Assembly (NCBI GenBank): GCA_964057225.1
Contig: OZ059894.1
Span: 2,790,001-2,854,000 of the forward strand
DNA: 64,000 nucleotides
Origin: Auanema rhodensis
Lineage: Eukaryota > Animalia > Nematoda
Direction of reading: 5' to 3'
In this document: piece after piece, positions 25,453-39,493 of the stretch
Layout of the letters: each line of letters opens with the position of its first letter
How positions within the stretch are numbered: position 1 is the stretch's first letter
Made by a program: the position numbers and the translations under genes
Notes under the pieces: model-generated
Told to the model about the DNA's origin: nothing
The model's input: only the letters and a program-made list of their open reading frames with translations
The model's database searches: none

Positions 25453-27558
25453 AGCTGCGTCGATCTGTGTTATCAGATTTGCGCTAGCTTAAAAATGCAC
25501 CGAGATATCAACTGATATAAGTTCACACTTATATCCTCGATTTTCACCCCGAAGAAATAATTTTTTCGTTGAAAAACATTGTCCATCGTCTTTGCCTTGA
25601 AAAAAGGAATCTAAAAACATCTACTTTTTGCTAAATTATTTCGAAATTTTTCGAAAAAATTTTTGTCAAAATGTTTTTGGAAGCAATGTTGAGTGTACAT
25701 GGAAACTCAACATACACTAATGCATCATTTTCCAAACGATCATAACTAATTTTTGTATTAAGCGTTTTTCAATGTAGTATAGTGCATTCGATGCGGATTT
25801 TCAAGTTGCGTCGATCTGTGTTATCAGATTTGCGCTAGCTTAAAAATGCACCGAGATATCAACTGATATAAGTTCACACTTATATCCTCGATTTTCACCC
25901 TGAAGAATTAATTTTTTCGTTGAATAACATTGTCCATCGTCTTTGCCTTGAAAAAAGGAATCCAAAAACATCTACTTTTCGCTAAATTATTTTGAAATTT
26001 TTCGAAAAAATTTTTGTCAAAATGTTTTTGGAAGCAATGTTGAGTGTACATGGAAACTCAACATACACTAATGCATCATTTTTCAAACAATCATAACTAA
26101 TTTTTGTATTAAGCGTTTTTCAATGTAGTATAGTGCATTCGATGCGGATTTTTAAGCTGCGTCGATCTGTGTTATCAGATTTGCGCTAGCTTAAAAATGC
26201 ACCGAGATATCAACTGATATAAGTTCACACTTATATCCTCGATTTTCACCCCGAAGAAATAATTTTTTCGTTGAAAAACATTGTCCATCGTCTTTGCCTT
26301 GAAAAAAGGAATCTAAAAACATCTACTTTTTGCTAAATTATTTCGAAATTTTTCGAAAAAATTTTTGTCAAAATGTTTTTGGAAGCAATGTTGAGTGTAC
26401 ATGGAAACTCAACATACACTAATGCATCATTTTCCAAACGATCATAACTAATTTTTGTATTAAGCGTTTTTCAATGTAGTATAGTGCATTCGATGCGGAT
26501 TTTCAAGTTGCGTCGATCTGTGTTATCAGATTTGCGCTAGCTTAAAAATGCACCGAGATATCAACTGATATAAGTTCACACTTATATCCTCGATTTTCAC
26601 CCTGAAGAATTAATTTTTTCGTTGAATAACATTGTCCATCGTCTTTGCCTTGAAAAAAGGAATCCAAAAACATCTACTTTTCGCTAAATTATTTTGAAAT
26701 TTTTCGAAAAAATTTTTGTCAAAATGTTTTTGGAAGCAATGTTGAGTGTACATGGAAACTCAACATACACTAATGCATCATTTTTCAAACGATCATAACT
26801 AATTTTTGTATTAAGCGTTTTTCAATGTAGTATAGTGCATTCGATGCGGATTTTTAAGCTGCGTCGATCTGTGTTATCAGATTTGCGCTAGCTTAAAAAT
26901 GCACCGAGATATCAACTGATATAAGTTCACACTTATATCCTCGATTTTCACCCCGAAGAAATAATTTTTTCGTTGAAAAACATTGTCCATCGTCTTTGCC
27001 TTGAAAAAAGGAATCTAAAAACATCTACTTTTTGCTAAATTATTTCGAAATTTTTCGAAAAAATTTTTGTCAAAATGTTTTTGGAAGCAATGTTGAGTGT
27101 ACATGGAAACTCAACATACACTAATGCATCATTTTCCAAACGATCATAACTAATTTTTGTATTAAGCGTTTTTCAATGTAGTATAGTGCATTCGATGCGG
27201 ATTTTCAAGTTGCGTCGATCTGTGTTATCAGATTTGCGCTAGCTTAAAAATGCACCGAGATATCAACTGATATAAGTTCACACTTATATCCTCGATTTTC
27301 ACCCTGAAGAATTAATTTTTTCGTTGAATAACATTGTCCATCGTCTTTGCCTTGAAAAAAGAAATCCAAAAACATCTACTTTTCGCTAAATTATTTTGAA
27401 ATTTTTCGAAAAAATTTTTGTCAAAATGTTTTTGGAAGCAATGTTGAGTGTACATGGAAACTCAACATACACTAATGCATCATTTTTCAAACGATCATAA
27501 CTAATTTTTGTATTAAGCGTTTTTCAATGTAGTATAGTGCATTCGATGCGGATTTTTA
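25453..27558 (-). repeat. Dimer HOR (702 bp) x3
   Basis: GAAGAAATAA at about 25551, 26253, 26955; TCCAAACG at about 25731, 26433, 27135; CAAGTTGC at about 25802, 26504, 27206. Confidence 0.9.
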
Positions 27559-30500
27559 AGCTGCGTCGATCTGTGTTATCAGATTTGCGCTAGCTTAAAA
27601 ATGCACCGAGATATCAACTGATATAAGTTCACACTTATAACCTCGATTTTCACCCTGAAGAATTAATTTTTTTGTTGAATAACATTGTCCATCGTCTTTG
27701 CCTTGAAAAAAGGAATCTAAAAACATCTACTTTTTGCTAAATTATTTTGAAATTTTTCGAAAAAATTTTTGTCAAAATGTTTTTGAAAGCAATGTTGAGT
27801 GTACATGGAAACTCAACATACACTAATGCATCATTTTTCAAACGATCATAACTAATTTTTGTATTAAGCGTTTTTCAATGTAGTATAGTGCATTCGATGC
27901 GGATTTTTAAGCTGCGTCGAGCTGTGTTATCAGATTTGCGCTAGCTTAAAAATGCACCGAGATATCAACTGATATAAGTTTACACTTATATCCTCGATGT
28001 TCACCCTGAAGAATTAGTTTTTTTGTTGAATAACATTGTCCATCGTCTTTGCCTTAAAAAAAGGAATCTAAAAACACCTACTTTTCGCTAAATTATTTTG
28101 AAATTTTTCGAAAAAATTTTTGTCAAAATGTTTTTGGAAGCAATGTTGAGTGTACATGGAAACTCAACATACACTAATGCATCATTTTTCAAACGATCAT
28201 AACTAATTTTTGTATTAAGCGTTTCTCAATGTAGTATAGTGCATTCGATGCGGATTTTCAAGCTGCGTCGATCTGTGTTATCAGATTTGCGCTAGCTTAA
28301 AAATGCACCGAGATATCAACTGATATAAGTTCACACTTATATCCTCGATTTTCACCCTGAAGAATTAATTTTTTTGTTGAATAACATTGTCCATCGTCTT
28401 TGCCTTGAAAAAAGGAATCTAAAAACATCTACTTTTCGCTAAATTATTTTGAAATTTTTCGAAAAAATTTTTGTCAAAATGTTTTTGGAAGCAATGTTGA
28501 GTGTACATGGAAACTCAACATACACTAATGCATCATTTTTCAAACGATCATAACTAATTTTTGTATTGAGCGTTTTTCAATGTAGTAAAGTGCATTCGAT
28601 GCGGATTTTTAAGCTGCGTCGATCTGTGTTATCAGATTTGCGCTAGCTTAAAAATGCACCGAGATATCAACTGATATAAGTTCACACTTACATCCTCGAT
28701 TTTCACCCTGAAGAATTAATTTTTTCGTTGAATAACATTGTCCATCGTCTTTGCCTTGAAAAAAGGAATCCAAAAACATCTACTTTTCGCTAAATTATTT
28801 TGAAATTTTTCGAAAAAATTTTTGTCAAAATGTTTTTGGAAGCAATGTTGAGTGTACATGGAAACTCAACATACACTAATGCATCATTTTTCAAACGATC
28901 ATAACTAATTTTTGTATTAAGCGTTTTTCAATGTAGTATAGTGCATTCGATGCGGATTTTTAAGCTGCGTCGATCTGTGTTATCAGATTTGCGCTAGCTT
29001 AAAAATGCACCGAGATATCAACTGATATAAGTTCACACTTATATCCTCGATTTTCACCCTGAAGAATTAATTTTTTCGTTGAATAACATTGTCCATCGTC
29101 TTTGCCTTGAAAAAAGGAATCTAAAAACATCTACTTTTTGCTAAATTATCTTGAAATTTTTCGAAAAAATTTTTGTCAAAATGTTTTTGGAAGCAATGTT
29201 GAGTGTACATGGAAACTCAACATACACTAATGCATCATTTTTCAAACGATCATAACTAATTTTTGTATTAAGCGTTTTTCAATGTAGTATAGTGCATTCG
29301 ATGCGGATTTTTAAGCTGCGTCGAGCTGTGTTATCAGATTTGCGCTAGCTTAAAAATGCACCGAGATATCAACTGATATAAGTTCACACTTATATCCTCG
29401 ATGTTCACCCTGAAGAATTAGTTTTTTCGTTGAATAACATTGTCCATCGTCTTTGCCTTAAAAAAAGGAATCTAAAAACATCTACTTTTCGCTAAATTAT
29501 TTTGAAATTTTTCGAAAAAATTTTTGTCAAAATGTTTTTGGAAGCAATGTTGAGTGTACATGGAAACTCAACATACACTAATGCATCATTTTTCAAACGA
29601 TCATAACTAATTTTTGTATTGAGCGTTTTTCAATGTAGTAAAGTGCATTCGATGCGGATTTTCAACCTGCGTCGATCTGTGTTATCAGATTTGCGCTAGC
29701 TTAAAAATGCACCGAGATATCAACTGATATAAGTTCACACTTATATCCTCGATTTTCACCCTGAAGAATTAATTTTTTCGTTGAAAAACATTGTCCATCG
29801 TCTTTGCCTTGAAAAAAGGAATCTAAAAACATCTACTTTTTGCTAAATTATCTTGAAATTTTTCGAAAAAATTTTTGTCAAAATGTTTTTGGAAGCAATG
29901 TTGAGTGTACATGGAAACTCAACATACACTAATGCATCATTTTTCAAACGATCATAACTAATTTTTGTATTGAGCGTTTTTCAATGTAGTATAGTGCTTT
30001 CGATGCGGATTTTTAAGCTGCGTCGATCTGTGTTATCAGATTTGCGCTAGCTTAAAAATTCACCGAGATATCAACTGATATAAGTTCACACTTATATCCT
30101 CGATTTTCACCCTGAAGAATTAATTTTTTCGTTGAATAACATTGTCCATCGTCTTTGCCTTGAAAAAAGGAATCTAAAAACATCTACTTTTTGCTAAATT
30201 ATTCCGAAATTTTTCGAAAAAATTTTTGTCAAAATGTTTTTGGAAGCAATGTTGAGTGTACATGGAAACTCAACATACACTAATGCATCATTTTTCAAAC
30301 GATCATAATTAATTTTTGTATTAAACGTTTCTCAATGTAGTATAGTGCATTCGATGCGGATTTTCAAGCTGCGTCGATCTGTGTTATCAGATTTGCGCTA
30401 GCTTAAAAATGCACCGAGATATCAACTGATATAAGTTCACACTTATATCCTCGATTTTCACCCCGAAGAATTAATTTTTTCGTTGAAAAACATTGTCCAT

Positions 30501-33500
30501 CGTCTTTGCCTTGAAGAAAGGAATCTAAAAACATCTACTTTTTGCTAAATTATTTCGAAATTTTTCGAAAAAATTTTTGTCAAAATGTTTTTGGAAGCAA
30601 TGTTGAGTGTACATGGAAACTCAACATACACTAATGCATCATTTTTCAAACGATCATAACTAATTTTTGTATTGAGCGTTTTTCAATGTAGTAAAGTGCA
30701 TTCGATGCGGATTTTCAACCTGCGTCGATCTGTGTTATCAGATTTGCGCTAGCTTAAAAATGCACCGAGATATCAACTGATATAAGTTCACACTTATATC
30801 CTCGATTTTTACCCTGAAGAATAAATTTTTTTGTTGAATAACATTGTCCATCGTCTTTGCCTTGAAAAAAGGAATCTAAAAACATCTACTTTTTGCTAAA
30901 TTATCTTGAAATTTTTCGAAAAAATTTTTGTCAAAATGTTTTTGGAAGCAATGTTGAGTGTACATGGAAACTCAACATACACTAATGCATTATTTTTCAA
31001 ACGATCATAACTAATTTTTGTATTGAGCGTTTTTCAATGTAGTATAGTGCATTCGATGCGGATTTTCAAGCTGCGTCGATCTGTGTTATCAGATTTGCGC
31101 TAGCTTAAAAATGCACCGAGATATCAACTGATATAAGTTCACACTTATATCCTCGATTTTCACCCTGAAGAATTAATTTTTTCGTTGAATAACATTGTCC
31201 ATCGTCTTTGCCTTGAAAAAAGGAATCTAAAAACATCTACTTTTTGCTAAATTATTTTGAAATTTTTCGAAAAAATTTTTGTCAAAATGTTTTTGGAAGC
31301 AATGTTGAGTGTACATGGAAACTCAACATACACTAATGCATTAATTTTCAAACGATCATAATTAATTTTTGTATTAAACGTTTCTCAATGTAGTATAGTG
31401 CATTCGATGCGGATTTTCAAGCTGCGTCGATCTGTGTTATCAGATTTGCGCTAGCTTAAAAATGCACCGAGATATCAACTGATATAAGTTCACACTTATA
31501 TCCTCGATTTTCACCCCGAAGAAATAATTTTTTCGTTGAAAAACATTGTCCATCGTCTTTGCCTTGAAAAAAGGAATCTAAAAACATCTACTTTTTGCTA
31601 AATTATTTCGAAATTTTTCGAAAAAATTTTTGTCAAAATGTTTTTGGAAGCAATGTTGAGTGTACATGGAAACTCAACATACGCTAATGCATCATTTTCC
31701 AAACGATCATAACTAATTTTTGTATTAAGCGTTTTTCAATGTAGTATAGTGCATTCGATGCGGATTTTCAAGTTGCGTCGATCTGTGTTATCAGATTTGC
31801 GCTAGCTTAAAAATGCACCGAGATATCAACTGATATAAGTTCACACTTATATCCTCGATTTTCACCCTGAAGAATTGATTTTTTCGTTGAATAACATTGT
31901 CCATCGTCTTTGCCTTGAAAAAAGGAATCCAAAAACATCTACTTTTCGCTAAATTATTTTGAAATTTTTCGAAAAAATTTTTGTCAAAATGTTTTTGGAA
32001 GCAATGTTGAGTGTACATGGAAACTCAACATACACTAATGCATCATTTTTCAAACGATCATAACTAATTTTTGTATTAAGCGTTTTTCAATGTAGTATAG
32101 TGCATTCGATGCGGATTTTTAAGCTGCGTCGATCTGTGTTATCAGATTTGCGCTAGCTTAAAAATGCACCGAGATATCAACTGATATAAGTTCACACTTA
32201 TATCCTCGATGTTCACCCTGAAGAATTAGTTTTTTCGTTGAATAACATTGTCCATCGTCTTTGCCTTAAAAAAAGGAATCTAAAAACATCTACTTTTCGC
32301 TAAATTATTTTGAAATTTTTCGAAAAAATTTTTGTCAAAATGTTTTTGGAAGCAATGTTGAGTGTACATGGAAACTCAACATACACTAATGCATCATTTT
32401 TCAAACGATCATAACTAATTTTTGTATTAAGCGTTTCTCAATGTAGTATAGTGCATTCGATGCGGATTTTCAAGCTGCGTCGATCTGTGTTATCAGATTT
32501 GCGCTAGCTTAAAAATGCACCGAGATATCAACTGATATAAGTTCACACTTTTATCCTCGATTTTCACCCTGAAGAATTAATTTTTTTGTTGAATAACATT
32601 GTCCATCGTCTTTGCCTTGAAAAAAGGAATCTAAAAACATCTACTTTTCGCTAAATTATTTTGAAATTTTTCGAAAAAATTTTTGTCAAAATGTTTTTGG
32701 AAGCAATGTTGAGTGTACATGGAAACTCAACATACACTAATGCATCATTTTTCAAACGATCATAACTAATTTTTGTATTAAGCGTTTCTCAATGTAGTAT
32801 AGTGCATTCGATGCGGATTTTCAAGCTGCGTCGATCTTTGTTATCAGATTTGCGCTAGCTTAAAAATGCACCGAGATATCAACTGATATAAGTTCACACT
32901 TATATCCTCGATTTTCACCCCGAAGAATTAATTTTTTCGTTGAAAAACATTGTCCATCGTCTTTGCCTTGAAGAAAGGAATCTAAAAACATCTACTTTTT
33001 GCTAAATTATTTCGAAATTTTTCGAAAAAATTTTTGTCAAAATGTTTTTGGAAGCAATGTTGAGTGTACATGGAAACTCAACATACACTAATGCATCATT
33101 TTTCAAACGATCATAACTAATTTTTGTATTGAGCGTTTTTCAATGTAGTAAAGTGCATTCGATGCGGATTTTTAAGCTGCGTCGATCTGTGTTATCAGAT
33201 TTGCGCTAGCTTAAAAATGCACCGAGATATCAACTGATATAAGTTCACACTTATATCCTCGATTTTCACCCTGAAGAATTAATTTTTTCGTTGAATAACA
33301 TTGTCCATCGTCTTTGCCTTGAAAAAAGGAATCCAAAAACATCTACTTTTCGCTAAATTATTTCGAAATTTTTCGAAAAAATTTTTGTCAAAATGTTTTT
33401 GGAAGCAATGTTGAGTGTACATGGAAACTCAACATACACTAATGCATCATTTTCCAAACGATCATAACTAATTTTTGTATTAAGCGTTTTTCAATGTAGT

Positions 33501-34228
33501 ATAGTGCATTCGATGCGGATTTTCAAGTTGCGTCGATCTGTGTTATCAGATTTGCGCTAGCTTAAAAATGCACCGAGATATCAACTGATATAAGTTCACA
33601 CTTATATCCTCGATGTTCACCCTGAAGAATTAGTTTTTTCGTTGAATAACATTGTCCATCGTCTTTGCCTTAAAAAAAGGAATCTAAAAACATCTACTTT
33701 TCGCTAAATTATTTTGAAATTTTTCGAAAAAATTTTTGTCAAAATGTTTTTGGAAGCAATGTTGAGTGTACATGGAAACTCAACATACACTAATGCATCA
33801 TTTTTCAAACGATCATAACTAATTTTTGTATTAAGCGTTTCTCAATGTAGTATAGTGCATTCGATGCGGATTTTCAAGCTGCGTCGATCTGTGTTATCAG
33901 ATTTGCGCTAGCTTAAAAATGCACCGAGATATCAACTGATATAAGTTCACACTTATATCCTCGATTTTCACCCTGAAGAATTAATTTTTTTTGTTGAATA
34001 ACATTGTCCATCGTCTTTGCCTTGAAAAAAGGAATTTAAAAACATCTACTTTTCGCTAAATTATTTTGAAATTTTTCGAAAAAATTTTTGTCAAAATGTT
34101 TTTGGAAGCAATGTTGAGTGTACATGGAAACTCAACATACACTAATGCATCATTTTTCAAACGATCATAACTAATTTTTGTATTAAGCGTTTCTCAATGT
34201 AGTATAGTGCATTCGATGCGGATTTTCA

Positions 34229-37200
34229 AGCTGCGTCGATCTTTGTTATCAGATTTGCGCTAGCTTAAAAATGCACCGAGATATCAACTGATATAAGTTC
34301 ACACTTATATCCTCGATTTTCACCCCGAAGAATTAATTTTTTCGTTGAAAAACATTGTCCATCGTCTTTGCCTTGAAGAAAGGAATCTAAAAACATCTAC
34401 TTTTTGCTAAATTATTTCGAAATTTTTCGAAAAAATTTTTGTCAAAATGTTTTTGGAAGCAATGTTGAGTGTACATGGAAACTCAACATACACTAATGCA
34501 TCATTTTTCAAACGATCATAACTAATTTTTGTATTGAGCGTTTTTCAATGTAGTAAAGTGCATTCGATGCGGATTTTTAAGCTGCGTCGATCTGTGTTAT
34601 CAGATTTGCGCTAGCTTAAAAATGCACCGAGATATCAACTGATATAAGTTCACACTTATATCCTCGATTTTCACCCTGAAGAATTAATTTTTTCGTTGAA
34701 TAACATTGTCCATCGTCTTTGCCTTGAAAAAAGGAATCCAAAAACATCTACTTTTCGCTAAATTATTTTGAAATTTTTCGAAAAAATTTTTGTCAAAATG
34801 TTTTTGGAAGCAATGTTGAGTGTACATGGAAACTCAACATACACTAATGCATCATTTTTCAAACGATCATAACTAATTTTTGTATTAAGCGTTTTTCAAT
34901 GTAGTATAGTGCATTCGATGCGGATTTTTAAGCTGCGTCGATCTGTGTTATCAGATTTGCGCTAGCTTAAAAATGCACCGAGATATCAACTGATATAAGT
35001 TCACACTTATATCCTCGATTTTCACCCTGAAGAATTAATTTTTTCGTTGAATAACATTGTCCATCGTCTTTGCCTTGAAAAAAGGAATCTAAAAACATCT
35101 ACTTTTTGCTAAATTATTTTGAAATTTTTCGAAAAAATTTTTGTCAAAATGTTTTTGAAAGCAATGTTGAGTGTACATGGAAACTCAACATACACTAATG
35201 CATCATTTTTCAAACGATCATAACTAATTTTTGTATTAAGCGTTTCTCAATGTAGTATAGTGCATTCGATGCGGATTTTCAAGCTGCGTCGATCTGTGTT
35301 ATCAGATTTGCGCTAGCTTAAAAATGCACCGAGATATCAACTGATATAAGTTCACACTTATATCCTCGATTTTCACCCTGAAGAATTAATTTTTTTGTTG
35401 AATAACATTGTCCATCGTCTTTGCCTTGAAAAAAGGAATCTAAAAACATCTACTTTTCGCTAAATTATTTTGAAATTTTTCGAAAAAATTTTTGTCAAAA
35501 TGTTTTTGGAAGCAATGTTGAGTGTACATGGAAACTCAACATACACTAATGCATCATTTTTCAAACGATCATAACTAATTTTTGTATTAAGCGTTTTTCA
35601 ATGTAGTAAAGTGCATTCGATGCGGATTTTTAAGCTGCGTCGATCTGTGTTATCAGATTTGCGCTAGCTTAAAAATGCACCGAGATATCAACTGATATAA
35701 GTTCACACTTATATCCTCGATTTTCACCCCGAAGAATTAATTTTTTCGTTGAAAAACATTGTCCATCGTCTTTGCCTTGAAGAAAGGAATCTAAAAACAT
35801 CTACTTTTTGCTAAATTATTTCGAAATTTTTCGAAAAAATTTTTGTCAAAATGTTTTTGGAAGCAATGTTGAGTGTACATGGAAACTCAACATACACTAA
35901 TGCATCATTTTTCAAACGATCATAACTAATTTTTGTATTGAGCGTTTTTCAATGTAGTAAAGTGCATTCGATGCGGATTTTTAAGCTGCGTCGATCTGTG
36001 TTATCAGATTTGCGCTAGCTTAAAAATGCACCGAGATATCAACTGATATAAGTTCACACTTATATCCTCGATTTTCACCCTGAAGAATTAATTTTTTCGT
36101 TGAATAACATTGTCCATCGTCTTTGCCTTGAAAAAAGGAATCCAAAAACATCTACTTTTCGCTAAATTATTTTGAAATTTTTCGAAAAAATTTTTGTCAA
36201 AATGTTTTTGGAAGCAATGTTGAGTGTACATGGAAACTCAACATACACTAATGCATCATTTTTCAAACGATCATAACTAATTTTTGTATTAAGCGTTTTT
36301 CAATGTAGTATAGTGCATTCGATGCGGATTTTTAAGCTGCGTCGATCTGTGTTATCAGATTTGCGCTAGCTTAAAAATGCACCGAGATATCAACTGATAT
36401 AAGTTCACACTTATATCCTCGATTTTCACCCTGAAGAATTAATTTTTTCGTTGAATAACATTGTCCATCGTCTTTGCCTTGAAAAAAGGAATCTAAAAAC
36501 ATCTACTTTTTGCTAAATTATTTTGAAATTTTTCGAAAAAATTTTTGTCAAAATGTTTTTGAAAGCAATGTTGAGTGTACATGGAAACTCAACATACACT
36601 AATGCATCATTTTTCAAACGATCATAACTAATTTTTGTATTAAGCGTTTCTCAATGTAGTATAGTGCATTCGATGCGGATTTTCAAGCTGCGTCGATCTG
36701 TGTTATCAGATTTGCGCTAGCTTAAAAATGCACCGAGATATCAACTGATATAAGTTCACACTTATATCCTCGATTTTCACCCTGAAGAATTAATTTTTTT
36801 GTTGAATAACATTGTCCATCGTCTTTGCCTTGAAAAAAGGAATCTAAAAACATCTACTTTTCGCTAAATTATTTTGAAATTTTTCGAAAAAATTTTTGTC
36901 AAAATGTTTTTGGAAGCAATGTTGAGTGTACATGGAAACTCAACATACACTAATGCATCATTTTTCAAACGATCATAACTAATTTTTGTATTAAACGTTT
37001 CTCAATGTAGTATAGTGCATTCGATGCGGATTTTCAAGCTGCGTCGATCTTTGTTATCAGATTTGCGCTAGCTTAAAAATGCACCGAGATATCAACTGAT
37101 ATAAGTTCACACTTATATCCTCGATTTTCACCCCGAAGAATTAATTTTTTCGTTGAAAAACATTGTCCATCGTCTTTGCCTTGAAGAAAGGAATCTAAAA

Positions 37201-38440
37201 ACATCTACTTTTTGCTAAATTATTTCGAAATTTTTCGAAAAAATTTTTGTCAAAATGTTTTTGGAAGCAATGTTGAGTGTACATGGAAACTCAACATACA
37301 CTAATGCATCATTTTTCAAACGATCATAACTAATTTTTGTATTGAGCGTTTTTCAATGTAGTAAAGTGCATTCGATGCGGATTTTTAAGCTGCGTCGATC
37401 TGTGTTATCAGATTTGCGCTAGCTTAAAAATGCACCGAGATATCAACTGATATAAGTTCACACTTATATCCTCGATTTTCACCCTGAAGAATTAATTTTT
37501 TCGTTGAATAACATTGTCCATCGTCTTTGCCTTGAAAAAAGGAATCCAAAAACATCTACTTTTCGCTAAATTATTTTGAAATTTTTCGAAAAAATTTTTG
37601 TCAAAATGTTTTTGGAAGCAATGTTGAGTGTACATGGAAACTCAACATACACTAATGCATCATTTTTCAAACGATCATAACTAATTTTTGTATTAAGCGT
37701 TTTTCAATGTAGTATAGTGCATTCGATGCGGATTTTTAAGCTGCGTCGATCTGTGTTATCAGATTTGCGCTAGCTTAAAAATGCACCGAGATATCAACTG
37801 ATATAAGTTCACACTTATATCCTCGATTTTCACCCTGAAGAATTAATTTTTTCGTTGAATAACATTGTCCATCGTCTTTGCCTTGAAAAAAGGAATCCAA
37901 AAACATCTACTTTTCGCTAAATTATTTTGAAATTTTTCGAAAAAATTTTTGTCAAAATGTTTTTGGAAGCAATGTTGAGTGTACATGGAAACTCAACATA
38001 CACTAATGCATCATTTTTCAAACGATCATAACTAATTTTTGTATTAAGCGTTTTTCAATGTAGTATAGTGCATTCGATGCGGATTTTTAAGCTGCGTCGA
38101 TCTGTGTTATCAGATTTGCGCTAGCTTAAAAATGCACCGAGATATCAACTGATATAAGTTCACACTTATATCCTCGATTTTCACCCTGAAGAATTAATTT
38201 TTTCGTTGAATAACATTGTCCATCGTCTTTGCCTTGAAAAAAGGAATCTAAAAACATCTACTTTTTGCTAAATTATTTTGAAATTTTTCGAAAAAATTTT
38301 TGTCAAAATGTTTTTGAAAGCAATGTTGAGTGTACATGGAAACTCAACATACACTAATGCATCATTTTTCAAACGATCATAACTAATTTTTGTATTAAGC
38401 GTTTTTCAATGTAGTATAGTGCATTCGATGCGGATTTTTA
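34229..38440 (-). repeat. 4-mer HOR (1404 bp), about 3 copies, the last with an extra monomer
   Basis: GAAGAAAGG plus CCCCGAAG at about 34376, 35780, 37184; TTTTTGAAAGC at about 35157 and 36561; the AATCCAAAAAC monomer follows each. Confidence 0.8.
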
Positions 38441-39493
38441 AGCTGCGTCGAGCTGTGTTATCAGATTTGCGCTAGCTTAAAAATGCACCGAGATATCAAC
38501 TGATATAAGTTCACACTTATATCCTCGATGTTCACCCTGAAGAATTAGTTTTTTCGTTGAATAACATTGTCCATCGTCTTTGCCTTAAAAAAAGGAATCT
38601 AAAAACATCTACTTTTCGCTAAATTATTTTGAAATTTTTCGAAAAAATTTTTGTCAAAATGTTTTTGGAAGCAATGTTGAGTGTACATGGAAACTCAACA
38701 TACACTAATGCATCATTTTTCAAACGATCATAACTAATTTTTGTATTAAGCGTTTCTCAATGTAGTATAGTGCATTCGATGCGGATTTTCAAGCTGCGTC
38801 GATCTGTGTTATCAGATTTGCGCTAGCTTAAAAATGCACCGAGATATCAACTGATATAAGTTCACACTTATATCCTCGATTTTCACCCTGAAGAATTAAT
38901 TTTTTCGTTGAATAACATTGTCCATCGTCTTTGCCTTGAAAAAAGGAATCTAAAAACATCTACTTTTTGCTAAATTATTTTGAAATTTTTCGAAAAAATT
39001 TTTGTCAAAATGTTTTTGAAAGCAATGTTGAGTGTACATGGAAACTCAACATACACTAATGCATCATTTTTCAAACGATCATAACTAATTTTTGTATTAA
39101 GCGTTTTTCAATGTAGTATAGTGCATTCGATGCGGATTTTTAAGCTGCGTCGAGCTGTGTTATCAGATTTGCGCTAGCTTAAAAATGCACCGAGATATCA
39201 ACTGATATAAGTTCACACTTATATCCTCGATGTTCACCCTGAAGAATTAGTTTTTTCGTTGAATAACATTGTCCATCGTCTTTGCCTTAAAAAAAGGAAT
39301 CTAAAAACATCTACTTTTCGCTAAATTATTTTGAAATTTTTCGAAAAAATTTTTGTCAAAATGTTTTTGGAAGCAATGTTGAGTGTACATGGAAACTCAA
39401 CATACACTAATGCATCATTTTTCAAACGATCATAACTAATTTTTGTAATAAGCGTTTCTCAATGTAGTATAGTGCATTCGATGCGGATTTTCA

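Noticed and set aside
31791-32018. 75-aa ORF on the minus strand
   Set aside because: It lies inside a satellite monomer and is open only because SNPs removed stop codons in this copy. The F/K/N-rich sequence reflects A/T tracts.
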